From: Macrostomum lignano
Taxonomy: Eukaryota
Direction: 5' to 3'
DNA length: 64,000 bases
Assembly (NCBI GenBank): GCA_002269645.1
Contig: NIVC01001661.1
Span: forward strand, 186,001-250,000
Shown: in pieces, positions 63,191 through 64,000 of the stretch
How the letters are laid out: every line of letters begins with the position of its first letter
Position numbering within the stretch: position 1 is the first letter of the stretch
Translations under genes and position numbers: made by a program
Notes under the pieces: generated by a model
The model's database searches: none
Told to the model about the DNA's origin: nothing
Seen by the model: only the letters and a program-made list of their open reading frames with translations

Positions 63191-64000
63191 CTGAGAAGCC
63201 AATCTCGCTGCCCTGTCAATCATGGGAACTGTCAATATATTCTGGTCATAATTAGTTAAGTTATTTTTCAAGTCGCAATACGAAGCAGAATGATAATTTC
63301 ATATAATTTGTATCAATAGGAATCAATGGCAGCAGGCAGACAAACACAATGGCTGCATGCTCACTCTATGAGTTGAATTGGCCTTATGCTCAGTTGCTAC
63401 AGAAGCCAAGAGCAGTCTGTGTAATATATGCGCCACTGTATATATTAGCCGGGGTTACAAGTCGGCCTTCAAGTGGGTTAGTTTGGTGGTTGCGGATAAC
63501 TGAAACGCCACTTCAATTCTGTAATTCTCCGCTCGAAAACTTATAGAAAAGAGAACAAGAGGGTCTCCTGGCTGCCGTGTTGAAGTATTTTTTATTATTG
63601 TTCTATCGCCTCCTTCTCGGGTGATCGTGTTGAAGTGTTATCGCTTGAAAGTGTCGCTAAGGCCTTCCGGGACTGACTGCCGGCGTCTCATCAACCAGAT
63701 GGCTTGGACCGGCGTCTCTTAGAGCTCTTCAGGGTATCTTGCTGCAGCGTCTGCTGTCTAGCTGTGTGTGTGTCTGCGCTTATTTCTGATTTTTCACCTA
63801 ACCTAATAAAACCCACACCTTGACATCCCAGATGGGACGCCTGTTATGTGATTCGATAGCTACTGTATCCATTAAAATAGCCTAAATGCCTGCTTGAATA
63901 TTGATAGTAGAAGTCTTAGAAGTCTTCTCGTTATGTTGTCGAGGCCTACTCGTATATATACTCGTAACTATACATACAATAGAACGACACTTTCGGCACC

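Noticed and set aside
62278-63271. Multiple overlapping ORFs on both strands (SLPASLPL / EMQGERQRC)
   Set aside because: Low-complexity purine minisatellite.

Overview
Eukaryotic (invertebrate-type) genomic DNA, very rich in repeats. The short GC/Ala-rich exons, minisatellite-filled introns and 4-mer microsatellites resemble the flatworm Macrostomum, but this is inference and the species is not verified. 1.2-20.3 kb is a ~9-10 kb near-tandem segmental duplication whose two copies differ by three transposon insertions, each with a visible empty site in the other copy. Five protein genes are supportable: an intronless NHL-type beta-propeller gene (-), a 2-exon divergent class-A GPCR (+), 3-exon SUCLG1 (+), a 2-exon coiled-coil gene of unknown function (+), and an RPAP2/Rtr1 homologue (+). 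The RPAP2 gene has two apparent 1-nt deletions in exon 2 and a probable GC-AG intron. Mobile DNA includes two copies of an unclassified 4-bp-TSD MITE, a hAT-like MITE, CCC...GGG (EnSpm/CACTA-like) elements, three solo LTRs (two of one family, both in CAGT targets), and an internally deleted Penelope-like retroelement with a degenerate hammerhead motif. More than 15 distinct mini/microsatellite arrays account for most long ORFs in the track, and these ORFs are artefacts. No CRISPR, rRNA or tRNA genes were found. I did not find a clearly novel system. The best leads are a candidate operon with spliced-leader-supplied AUG, the Penelope deletion derivative with its hammerhead, the CAGT-targeting LTR family, and the intron-specific hairpin minisatellites.
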